A DNA stretch of 64,000 bases from Bugula neritina (lineage: Eukaryota > Animalia > Bryozoa). A model generated the notes under the pieces. That model did no database searches and was not told the DNA's origin. It worked only from the letters and a program-made list of their open reading frames with translations. The stretch spans positions 26,986,628 through 27,050,627 of the forward strand of contig OZ037767.1 of assembly GCA_964035545.1 (NCBI GenBank), given 5' to 3'. This document shows positions 1 through 24,800 of this stretch, one piece after another (the first letter of the stretch is position 1; each line of letters starts with the position of its first letter). The position numbers were made by a program, and so were the translations under genes.

Positions 1-47
1 CAAAATTCCTTTTAAACAGTAAACTTTTATAGCTATGAAATGTTCAC

Positions 48-11849
<11,802 letters not shown>

Positions 11850-11943
11850 GATTAGTCCCACAGTAACACTCACTTGCAACTTTCACCTCAAAAACTGAAC
11901 GATGATAGCTTACACTAGTGGTAATAAAGTCGCACCAGCTAGT

Positions 11944-12066
11944 CTTTATAGGTTCGATAGATAGGGTGCTATGAGCTTCACCTTGCAGATGTGAATATTG
12001 ACCAATCAGTGGCCTTTATTATAATATTACAGTTGACACAGGTCAGACGAAGCTGATTGTATTGGC
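11944..12066 (-). promoter_or_regulatory. Putative promoter of the aminopeptidase gene (TATA + CCAAT boxes)
   Basis: TATAAAG on the minus strand at ~11944-11950, about 95 nt upstream of the ATG. CCAAT at 12002-12006 and ATTGG at 12061-12065. Confidence 0.5.
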
Positions 12067-15000
12067 TGAGTTTATGACATAATTCAGTCTTCAGCCTATC
12101 ACAGCAACACAATAATTATACGTAAGCTGTTGCCAGACCTGAACGGTAGCACATGTTTTGCATAACTTCTATTATTTGTTTTATAGTTAACATTGCCAAC
12201 ACGAACAGACCTGCTGCAGTGCAGTATGTGTTACAGTGTAGCAGTGCTATCATCTGAGCCTAATAAAGCATTATAACTTTACATACATTCTAGAGATGAA
12301 GTATTTAAGCTTGCAAAATAGCATGGACATGCTATAAGTATGGTTTAGTGTATAACTACCCTGTGTGCATAAAGCTTTCATAGCATAATATATATGCATA
12401 TAGTTTGGTTTTCACATTTAAATCTGTTCCAGTGCCTAAAAGATATGTTATATTACTAACATGTTTAAATTATTTAATTTTTTGGTATAAAATATTTAGT
12501 ACAGGGTGTCAACAAAATGTGAAGTCGATAACTTCGCTGTATTACTTCTCAATGTGAAATTTTTAATGTTATTGCTACAATTACATATGCTACATGCTTG
12601 TGTTTCAGAAACTCATAAGGTCTACCTGTTATAGTGAGTGGTCGCCTTATTTGAAATGCAGTAGGAAGTTATCTGCTCAACACAGAAACTTCAATTCTTT
12701 GACAGTACAAGTTACAGCTGTGAAAAATTAGTATATATACGATATTATTAAAAAAATATGAGTTTAATTATATTTTCTATTCTCAAAACTGTTGCAAAAT
12801 TATCTTTAAAAAAATATATAACAAGAATACAAAATAGTAAAAAATACGGCCGAAAATGTATAGTCTCATTTTTATCATGTTACAAATTCAAACTACATAA
12901 ATTTGATAAAAATAAAAATACATTCAAGTTAAATATGTTACCAAGAATATAGGCTAAAAAAATCTCACAACTTATAGTTAAGTACATGATGGGATGAATG
13001 CATATTATCTAAAGCAATGCTCTAGATTCTAGAATCTAATATAATGTAACTATAATATTATTTACAATAATGATATCTTTCACTGCAGCTAGAAAAAATG
13101 CAGTATATACACACAAATTAGTGCTAATATAATTTTAATAAAGCTCACGCTGACACTTGTAGAAGCTATAAACCTATTTGATTTTAAAACCTTAAACTGT
13201 TCGGCATCATCAAAGATCTAATAAAGATAGAAAAGATAACTCCAACAAAGCACGTCAACTTCTTGCTTGTAATGCACCCAGCTTCAATTCAAGCTGCAAA
13301 ATGTCAATAGTACACGCAGCTCAAATATGAGAAATAATATAAATGTTATGTCATATAACAATCAATCTGCATTTCTAGAAAATTTAAGAATAATAATATA
13401 TAATTTAAGAATAACATGCTATTGTATAGGTAATGCTAGTAAAACAAGCATTATGTGCAACACACACAACACGCAAAGAACTGATAATTTCTATATATTT
13501 CAATCAGCGAAAGATGTGCTGCCTTCCTATTAAGCAGCTGAAATTTTATCTAATTAAATTTTCTGCAGTTACGATTTAGCTATAATGATGAAAGCAAGAT
13601 AATAATATTTTGTCAGTGCATGGGTAATTGAAGCTTTATTGTAAAATAATATATAAAAAGCAACCTTGGTTTAGCAAAGAAAAATACTGGGTTGGAATGG
13701 TTGTGCAATAAGGCTAATGGCTGTATAATGTCTAGAAGAGAGGCTATAAATCTTTCCGCGTTGCAGCAAAAATTTCAAAGCTTTGTTGCTAGTACTTAAT
13801 GTTTTTTTTAAGCTTTTTACATGGCTTTTCATTAGTTTTTATAATTGTTAAATGTGATACAGTGGACAAGAGCAAGCTGTAAGTAAAAGAGTTGTCTTGC
13901 TAAAATCTAAGCCTAAGTTCTGTTACAAAATATATAAGAAATATGGGGCTCCCCATTCTAAATTAAAAGCAATTACTTTATGCTAACCCCAAACGCCGGA
14001 AATGGAGATGAAAAAATAACACATAGATTATTCAAGCAGCAGTGATGGTCTAATAGTAGCAATATTTACTTACAGTTACTCTTTGTGTTATTTTTTACTC
14101 AAATTGTAAGTATAACAGTGTCTGATCACATTGAATACGATAGACTGCTTTAGAGTATTGTAGTTGACTAGTTGTACTCTTATTCAATTTTGGTTGAAAA
14201 TGAAAACAAAATGAAAATTATTTAAAAACTAAAACTTAAACTAAAAGAAAATAAAAGTGTAATCACAATGATAATCATAATCCTAATGATAATAATAATC
14301 TAAAAGTAAATCATAGTCATAGTGATGGTATAAATTTATTACTATTGTTATACTCATATTAAATGCATTTGTAATGCTAATACTAATACTAATAGTCGTA
14401 TCGGTATTCATAAGTCGCAGCGATGCCGGTAGTCATAGTCATAGTCATACTCATACTCATAGTCATAGTGATGGGCATTAAATTTAGTTTTAAATTTAAT
14501 GTATTTTAAAATCAGTCTCAACCTTTAAGACTCAGGTTTTTGGTCTAAAAGTTAAGAGTAATACTAATTCTAAGAATCGGAGTAAGAGTGAGTCTATGAG
14601 CATTAATTATTTACTATAGAATTTAATGTTATGTGAAACACTAAATCGAATAGTAATAGTCTTACTTATAGTTTAAACTTGAAGTTTTAACTTGCAGTAA
14701 CAGTTAGAATGAAAATAAGTATGGGCGTATGATTATCACTATGATCGCCAGTGCTGGTACATACTACATAACTATTAGTATATCATTTTCATTGGCATTA
14801 AATAATTACTGATTACATAAAGTTAATAATTATTAATTGAAACTTATTCAGTTATGTGGTTTACTAATATTACATTACCAATAGCAATAGTACTACTACT
14901 AGGCTTGGCTTTTGTCAATTTCAGGCTTAGGCTTAGTGACTATGAGTATTATAATTATTAATATATAGGCCTATTTGTTTTTTTTTTAAATTATATGTAG

Positions 15001-15411
15001 AAGTTATTTTTTAGTAGCTGTTGAGTCATTTTTAACATATGTGCTTTTACAAAAGTGCAAGGTGATACTGTTAACACTACCATTAGGGAAATTAGTTATT
15101 ATATTAATTTTAACACTAAAGTTATAGAGTAATTGATTAAATTTATTTAGCGTTCTGGTGATTTTGAGATATATTGGGTCTTGAAATTTAAAACTTAGAA
15201 ATACGGATAAGGCAAAACTTATTTATATGTTGTTATTGTAAACATTTTTAAAAATTTGCAGGAGTTTTTGGCCGAAGCAACTCTGTACTGACGGTACTGC
15301 TTGCTGGTTTTGATAACTCAGTGTCTTGTCACTCTCCGGTAACACAGAACTGGTTGTGACAGCGAGTTTTGCATAAAAACTTATATATTCATTTCTAATC
15401 TCGGCTTCAAA

Positions 15412-18400
15412 ATGTGTTCTCTAAAGCAAGTGCCAATCAATTGTCCAGGTCATTCACGGCCAGTAGTTGACCTTGCTTTTAGTGCAATCACACCACATGG
15501 TTACTTTCTAGTCAGTGCTTGCAAAGGTTAGTTCTTTCTATATGCTAGTTTTAATTAATAATTCTGTATAAAGTTTCTGTTTTAAATGTTTTACTGCTAA
15601 AATAAACCTGTTGGTGTCCTTATTTTCTAAACCAGCATCAAAATTTTATGGCGAAATTTTAATTTAGTTTTTGTTAAATTGACTTCATACTGCTATCTAT
15701 CAACGAGAAGTCTGGTACTGGTAACTATTAAGTAACTTGGGGTAGACAATGCTGTACTAAAACTGTTAATTACGCTATAAGTTGATCATTAAATCATCTT
15801 GAATTTACTAGGATTTTTTAAATAACACAAGTTTGTTTATTACCCTTGAATAGTATATCTGTTGAGTGTTGTCTTAATTGGCTATTTTCAAATTGATATA
15901 GTTGATGGGATGAAAATCCAGCAATGGATTTGTTGACATAGCATATGTTTTATGTAGATGGTTTACCTATGCTGAGACAAGGTGATACTGGTGATTGGAT
16001 TGGTACATTTTACGGACACAAAGGTGCAGTTTGGGGGGCAACTATAAATAAAGAAGGGACCAAAGTGGCCACTGCTTCTGCTGATTATTCCGTGTAAATT
16101 GAAATTATTACATATCACACAACTTGCACATAATGTAAAAATGAGATGGAAATATGCGAAATCTGTTGTGTTTAGTTTTAGCTTTGTTCATGTTATAACG
16201 GAACCACTAAAATCACTCTTATTGTAAAACTGCATGTTGACATTTTTCTACTGTTGAATAACTCGTCTCTGTTACTTCTTGCAACTCTCTACACTTGCCA
16301 CACTCGTGTGTTTGTAGAATTATCTGGAACGCTGAGAGTGGGGAGGCTGAACAGACCTTTCTACATAAACACATTGTCAGAAGTGTAGACTTTCGCTCAG
16401 ACTCAACTCAACTGGTTGCGGGCAGCAATGAAAAACTAGTCAAAATATTTGATCTGAATCAGCAGAGCTCAGGTGAGTTGGAAAACTTGAAAATTTGTAA
16501 GTCAATAGATTGACTTTTTTGCCTTTTTTGTGTAATTGTATCAAAGTGAATGTAACTAGCTATTACACTGCTACTACTAAAGGTGTAATTTTGCTATGGT
16601 ATAATTTCATCAATATATAAAGTGGTTACTTGTATTGTACATGCGTGCTTTTCTTATATTATATGCAGCTTCGTCTACAAGTTGTTTATGTGAAATAGAC
16701 TCTTTCAACTTTGTAAGAAATAATTGAAGAGGAATTGTTGTTAGGCTTAACACTGTATCTTATTTCATCATCACCACTCTCATCTCTCATTTGAGTGCAT
16801 ATTTTTTATATTTGGATCAATAATGCTCGGATTGTTTTGAAAGATGACATTACCTATTCATTTATTCTGTGGGTTGTTGTAGAGCCACTAGTAGAGTTGA
16901 AAGGTCATACGGGAAATATTAAGGCTTGTCGGTTCATATCAGATGGTAACGCAGTAGTCAGCGCCTCAGAAGATGGAACATTAAAGTCAGTATTACATTC
17001 TTTAGTTACTGTAGATCACAAATGTATACACGATCCAAGCATTCATCACTACACTGGGTAGGCTGACTTTAGCTAACAGCCTTAGAATTTAGGTTAGAGT
17101 AACGAGAATTGTGTTCTTTCTACTTGTAGGGTGTGGGATGTTCGTAACCAAAGTGTAGTTCAGTCATTGACGTTCCCGTCCTCACCTTGTAGTCTCGAAA
17201 TCTCAGCTAATACTTCACGCCTTGTACTTACGCATTCTAACAAAGTCTGTTTCTACAATACTGATACGTAAGTCCAATATATGATTTTAAATAATCATCA
17301 CCTTTATTCTACTACTGTGGAATTAGATAAGACAATGTACTTTAATGTATACTTCACAAGTAATAATGTATTGCCAATTTTCTACTTTACTATAATGTAC
17401 ACTCTACCACATCTACTCTATCTTTATCCTACACTGCCTTATGTTTTTCTGTAGTTTGCTATGAGTTTTTAGTACTCTACTCTCCATTCTAGACTTTACT
17501 GTACATTTTACCAACTGTAACATACTGTCTCATCAGCTTTAATACGCAATGTGCTCTATGTTGTAGGTGGGATCTGGTGAAAGAATTTACTATCCCAACC
17601 AATGTATACGCAGCATCGTACTTACCTGATAAAAATATATTTGTATGTGGAGGTGAAGACTTTGTTATATACAGATATGAATATTCATCTGGGGAAGAGC
17701 TGGGTATGTTGTTGCTACTTAGTGCAATACACTACTACATACAATGCACTACTACATTCAATGCACTAATACATTCAATGCACTAATACATTCAAGGCAC
17801 TACTACATACAATGCACTAATACATTCAATGCACTAATACATTCAATGCACTAATGTATTAGTGCATTAAATGCATGACGTAACGTAAGGGAATCTCACA
17901 CCAATTACCAACTCTGTATATTCTCGTGTCTACAGAGGCAGCGAAAAGCCACCATTTTGGACCAGTTCACTGCATGCAGTTTTCACCAGATGGAGAAATA
18001 TTTGCTAGCGGATCTGAAGATGGAACCTTACGACTCTGGCAGACTACTGTAGGTAAAACATATGGTAAGTCAACTGTGCCAGCATCATTTTACTAATGAA
18101 AGTTTCCTTATTTATTTCACCATTACTACATGCAGTAGTTGTGCAATTATTATCTTTGTGATGTCTTAGTATAGACAGCACCACGTTAACTGGTTGCAGC
18201 ATGTAGTGTTAAACAGGACAAGTGGAAGCAACTATAAAAACAGTTGGCAAGTTTTTTGTGGAAACTTGGTCTGGATTATCGAATGCATTCAAAGCAGCTT
18301 GCTATTCGTGTTCTATTTTATGTTCAAATCAATTTAGTGAGGGATAAAATATTCACATAATTACTAATACTGTGTATCCGTTTCATTTTACCAAACATTC

Positions 18401-18515
18401 TGTAGGATTGTGGAAGTATGACAGTGGGCCAGCAGGAGATAGTGATGGTGTCACCACTTCCTCTCCTCCAATGGAGAATGGTACAGCTGATAGAGTAGCA
18501 GCTGTGGAAGGCTGA
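15412..18515 (+). CDS. STRAP: Serine-threonine kinase receptor-associated protein (WD40; UNRIP), ~340 aa
   Basis: Exons 15412-15526, 15958-16093, 16318-16472, 16883-16985, 17130-17267, 17567-17703, 17936-18064, 18406-18515. Diagnostic [128 protein letters not shown] at 18603. Confidence 0.97.
17724..17870. repeat. 17-bp minisatellite (AATGCACTAATACATTC) ending in an inverted copy
   Basis: About 8 copies in STRAP intron 6; terminal AATGCACTAATGTATTAGTGCATT is a hairpin. Confidence 0.9.
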
Positions 18516-18884
18516 GTCATGGCAGAATAGTACATAACTTTATGTACTGATAAGTCAAAGTATTTTTCTCTGTTCTTTAAAAAATTCTCTATGTGTTATG
18601 TTAATAAAAATATTTTGTAAGCAAAACTCTGAGAAGATATTATATGATATGTAAAAAAATATTCATGCAACACTAATTATAGGACGGAACAAATGGAAGT
18701 ATCTCAGCAAATATCCTATTCGCTAAATATAAAGATTTCTGAGAATTCGTTAGTTTGTTGAATGCTAGTGGCACCATAACTATTGCACAGTTTTGCCTCG
18801 AGTCATTCTCTACTATATAGTAGACAGTGTTTTCAACTGACTCGTCGTCAGATCAGAATAACATGCAGTTCTTGTTTAAGAATC

Positions 18885-21800
18885 TTATTCAGAGATGTGA
18901 TTTGACTGAGTAGCGATTGCAAGGAACTCTTCATCGTCCTCACTTGAGAAGTCAACATGTGAGTCAACACTGTAAGACACGGTTTCACCACATGGTGGGG
19001 TGCAGCTCTTAAATGTCTGTTTTATTCTGTCCAACTCCTCAAATGCATTACTGACTGCGGACTACAATGTATTACATAACCCATTAGATCATGAGTACCA
19101 GAGACTAGAGTATTGTATATGCTAACAAATTGCTTATACATGGCAATTTTCTAGAAAGACTATTGGCAATATTTGAATGTTTGAGATATACTCTATATTT
19201 TCAGTGCATTTGTGTACTTTGTTCATTGTATAATATCAAAAGAATGCTTAGTGCTGAGTGTTTGTGAAACCATTGTGCAACTTACAGTTTTCCTTCTTTT
19301 TGATGAAACAGGCGGCGTAGATGGTTGAGAGGGTGGGGGCGCATCATAATAGTCTTGGTCTCCCCAAACCACATCCTCTTCAAGTCTCAGCAGTTCCTAC
19401 ATATAAATATAGACTAAATACTGAATAAATATTCAATATAAACCTTTTAGTACCAGCAGCTGAAAATGTTAGTGAATTTTGTCATATCCATACTCAGTTA
19501 AACCTGAATGACAAAATTATCATAAAAAAGAACATAAAACTCTTACTATTTAAATAAATAAAATTGTACACTTAAAGCAGAGAGGTTTGGCAATATTAAT
19601 TGTACCACCATTCTTTTTGCAATAATGCTGATATTGTAACTCCAAAAACATAGCTGATGACTTCAATTTGTCCACAAGTCAAAGCGAACACACCAAATAG
19701 AACTAGCTAACTTTTGCCATTATAAATAAAACATGACACAATGCTGAACAGGGACACACAACTCCCACCAAATTCGCTGCTACATACTTGATACCTAGCT
19801 ATATATGTTTATATGTGTATGCATGTAGTAATTACATCTAACTCGTCATCAGATGTAGGATGCTGTGAATACACTGGTCTTGATTTAACAGCTTTTGTTT
19901 CTGACAAGTCATTTCTCTTTGACCTGGAATCAACATCTGGATTCTCCCTGCATACTTTCACACCAAACAAGTCCAGCAACCTCTCTTTGAGAGACGAAAA
20001 TCTGAACCAGAATGACATATATCATACTCAACATAAATAGCACAAAGTATGGTTTGTATATGTGTAACAAAGCAATTGTAATGTAACAAAAACAATTCAG
20101 TCTATAGTGAATATATGAAATCTACATGTGAATTAGTATGTCTACATTACAAGTGCAGACAGAGATACTTATAAAATCTAAAAAATATTATGAATGAACA
20201 CTTTTAATTAATATTTTTCAATAACCGCTCAATGGATAATGACAGTGTTGGGTGGCTAGCTGTTTGAAACTAGAGAAAACCATTAGGAGTTATTTTCCCT
20301 TGTCTTTTAGGTGCTCATAGAATAAAAACATTAAAAATAAAAACTAGCAAGTTATTAGTGCTAAACACCAATCACCTTTTATCACAGTTAGTATTGATAG
20401 TTTTACGGAGGGTTTCATCTTCACCGATAATAGTGACAGAGAATTTCCCTCGCGTCACAGCAGTATAGGCATGCTGCCAGTTCTGTCGGCCGGCAGCACC
20501 TATAGCGTAAGCCAAATGTTCGACCTCTGAACCCTGGTAGGTGTGTATAGTTCTACACCAGCAGGGCTTCATGCGACACTCTTTCATCAGGTTCTTTCTT
20601 AGTACAGACAACATCAACCCATCCTCTCCTTCAATAATCCACCTTTCCTTTTCTCCCTTTTTTGTTTGCTGCTTAAAGATCTATAGACAAGAGTAAACAT
20701 GTGAAACTGTCAGGCAGTTAAAAGTATTCTGGTAAAATGACATTTTAAAAGTCGAAAAGTTAAAATATAGGAAAAACTGTGTTAGCATGTGTACTATACA
20801 CTATACCGATTTTCAATTACTCGGGCTATCTAATTTTACAAAAGAATGGGGAAGGTGGAAGGAAACCTCCAACATAAATTTCTTAACAAGGTATAGCCAC
20901 ATATCCTAATTTGTATAATTACAGGTTAAATGTTGTTTGAGATACCTGTAAAAATTTTTCAACTTCTGAAAGACAAAAATCCTTGAACTATTAAAATGGC
21001 TGTCTACAGAAGGTCGTGCACGAGAAAATCAATAAAAATTGTGATTGCATTGAGCAACGCACCTCTCTGATGTAGAAGATTTCACCATTACAGAGACGAA
21101 GGTGACAGTTTTTGGGTATCTTCTTTTCTTCCTTTTGACTTGGAGAGTTGAAAGTTTCTTCCATTTCAATCTGCTCCTCTATACACTTGGTTTCATCATC
21201 TAACAGTCAATAATTGATTAAAAACTAAATAGCTACAAACCATAGCACTAACTTTAGTTACTATCTAGATGGTAACTTGACTCTTTTAAAAATTATATAG
21301 AATATAAAATATATACTGTGATGCTTATTAATGGGATTGAGTAAAACCATTGGAGATAAAAATTTCTGTCATCCTCACATCTGTTGTTGTCAACTTGGCT
21401 GCTGCTACTACTGCTGTTATTACTACTACTACTGGTACTGCTGCTACCACAACCACAACCACTACCATTACCACTAATGACACTACTAAAACTCGTACCA
21501 CCATCAATAAACTATTACTGCAACCATTATTCACCTGTCAATTTTTCTGTATTATTCTGTTGTTTCACCAATTCCATGTATTTGGCTACTTTATCTCTAA
21601 TTTCTTGAGATTTTCTTTCTGTTTCAACAATCTTGTTGTCAACATGCTTTTCAGCTAAAACATAGAACTATTATGAAATTCAAAGTTGTTAGAATATACA
21701 TATGGCCATTGCCGCAATGATTTAACTTGAGACAGACAATTGCACGCAAGAAGACACTGAAAACATTTAATTTATAAAACGGCTCCCATTTCTAGCAAAA

Positions 21801-24800
21801 AATAATGCCCAAATATCACCAAAACAAACTTTAATTCAGCGTCATGAGTCACAGTTCCATTGAAACACAACCACAGCAAATTGCACCCCTACCAGCTGTT
21901 TGAGGGGGCATTAACATCTGACTAGTGGGATCAAGTACCAAATCCTTCGCCTCATTTGCGGGGTCGTGTATGATGATGACTTCAACTGTGCCGTTTCGCG
22001 TGCAGCAAATTTTAAATTTCTCGTGAAAAATAGACTTCTTACTAGATGGATCTGTGCAGAGGTGGCCAGTGTACAGCTTTGAGCAGATGTTGTTGATGGC
22101 TTCACAGTCAATTCTAAAAATGCAACTAGCGAGAATTGAAATGGAAGATTCTGGAGCTATGCCAAAATAGAATTTAGAAAAGAAATTAAAAAGAGAATAA
22201 AAAGTGGCTTTCACTTGCAGAAATAGAATGAACTGTTTGTAAATATACTAAACCACAATAAAAAATGATAACACTTGGAAAAAAATAAAACGATTTAATT
22301 ACAAAAGACGTCAGTTGTAAATAATTCATAACACTAACCTTCTGAAAGCAACAAACTGACTCACTCTGTCAGATTTGAAGATATCTGTCCCTATCAGCTT
22401 CCTGACTGCTTCATCTCTTTCTAAGGAAGAATCAGTTTAACTGGTCAAAATTAAATACACGAGACTCAGTCTGGCATTACAAGCAATGGGGATGCACGAG
22501 AAGTGGTGCAATTGAAAACTTTGTTACTAGTTGTATGTAAAAAAAGGTTAGCAGATGTAAAAGCAGCAGTACATCACAAAATATAACCTGTTTACATTTT
22601 GCACCCTGCAGAAAACACTGCAAATAACAGCTACAATCTAATCACAGGACACAAATTTACAATAACACAGTGCTGGGGGGTTACGCAAAGAACCTTGACC
22701 TTTGTTCACCTAATTCCAGATGTTCCTTGTCCTTCAGTGACATCATCGAGAAATTTTGTCGCTCATCAAATTGAGGTAAACACTGGTTGCCTATTCTAAT
22801 GGCATTCTCAACAATCAGTCTACCTTCTGACCTGTGATTGGTGGTTAGTGTGATTGCACAGTCTCTGTGTGACAGGGCTTCATACACATCGCTGAGGAAA
22901 TTCCCTAAAATATAAATTAATTTGCTCTCTAGATGTTTCTCCATCTGCTACATTCTACTTTATAAATAGAATATTACATTAGAGGTCTATATTGCGGAGA
23001 TAACTCTATAAGTAAAAGTTAAATAGCTCGTCTTTATATAAAAATGACATTTAACTAGCATCAGCTGTTTATTGCAGCGTGAAACACCTTGAATTTAACA
23101 GCAAAGACGCCCCGAAACAAGAGAGTGTAAAAAATTATAGCATACAGTTAGGAAAAATAACTCCACCAGCTAAACCTCTTGACTTGTGTCTATTATGTGA
23201 TGCATATATTCCCAGCCTTTAGTATAAAGAGATCAATGGGATCACACACAGAGTTGGTTATACCTGGCTCTATGCTAGGAAGCTGTTGCAAGTCTCCAAG
23301 GAATATGATACGTCGTAGACTGGCGTGTTGTGTGAGGATACTGAGTAAGAACCAGAGATTGCTTACAGCCACCAAAGAGCACTCATCCACCACCAGAATC
23401 TGCACATCCTTAAATGGGAACGGCCCTTGCTCCAGCTGCTTCCTCCACGTCATAAACTTGAACATCACCTGGTAGATATAATCAGTAAATAAAACACTCC
23501 CATAAGTTTATAGTTACTATCCCTGTGAGAACCTCTGATCAAAATAATGTTTTAAATCGGGCTAAAGACTGGATGCTCTTCATAACATCACCCCTGAACT
23601 TAAACCACTACACCACGGCTGCTCCCTTGAAACCTTCAGCAAATACATATTTAAAAATATTGGTTAAAAAATTGCAGGATAACAATTATTTGCTAGCATA
23701 AGCATTATTAGCAGCTGAAATCTACAAAACAACTTGATATAATTAACTTATTCCACATGACTGGAAGAGAAACTGACTGAAGAATACTGGAGAGTAAAAA
23801 CTAAGCAGAGTAAAACATGCCTGATGAAGAGTGAAGCCTGTGTAACCAGTTCTGCTGCCAAGCACTTTGGCAGCTTTACCAGTAGGAGCCGTCAACAAAA
23901 TGTAGCTTCTGTGGGTTGGGTCGGGAATAGGTGGGTGGTCATCATCTTCATTATGGAAGGAGCTACGAGACAGAATAAGTTATAATAGTATTATGTACAA
24001 CAATACTAGAGTAAAGCATTATATTATAATGTACTGCAACAATACTAGAGTACAATACTATATTATAATGTACTGCAACAATACTAGAGTACAATACTAT
24101 ATTATAATGTACTGCATCAATACCCACAAATACTAGCATATACAAACTCAACACTAGTATACTTCATCATTACATATCAGCTGTTTTACACTGGTATACA
24201 TATACTGCTGTGAGGTGTCTACAATGTACACTACAGAGTACATTGTACACTACAGAGTACATTGTACACTACAGAGTACATTGTACACTACAGAGTACAT
24301 TGTACACTACAGAGTACATTGTACACTACAGAGTACATTGTACACTACAGAGTACATTGTACACTACAGAGTACATTGTACACTACATAGTACAACATAT
24401 ATTACAGAGTACATTGTACACTACAGAGTACATTGTACACTACAGAGTACATTGTACACTACAGAGTACATTGTACACTACAGAGTACATAAACATTATG
24501 ATGGCACCAAGTGGCAGCTAAGCAGGATGGGGAATCACAGCGTCACAATGAATTAGACTCTACGGTTCCCAATCCTACACAACACAACATAAACCCACAC
24601 TAGGAGCACATTTATGTTATATCGTCTGCCACAACCTGCATAAGAATTTAGAGTCCTTTTTTAATACATCTTATTATAAGACAAACTGCAGTAAAATGTT
24701 TAGTAGTATTAACACTAGTATTAGCAATAGTATTAGCAGTAGTGTTAGTAATAGTATTAGCAGTAGTGTTAGCAGTAGTATTAGCAGTAGTATTAGCTCT

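Noticed and set aside
24210-24556. Regular 19-bp repeat array resembling CRISPR, and its repetitive ORFs
   Set aside because: Head-to-tail units with no unique spacers, no cas genes, inside a eukaryotic intron.
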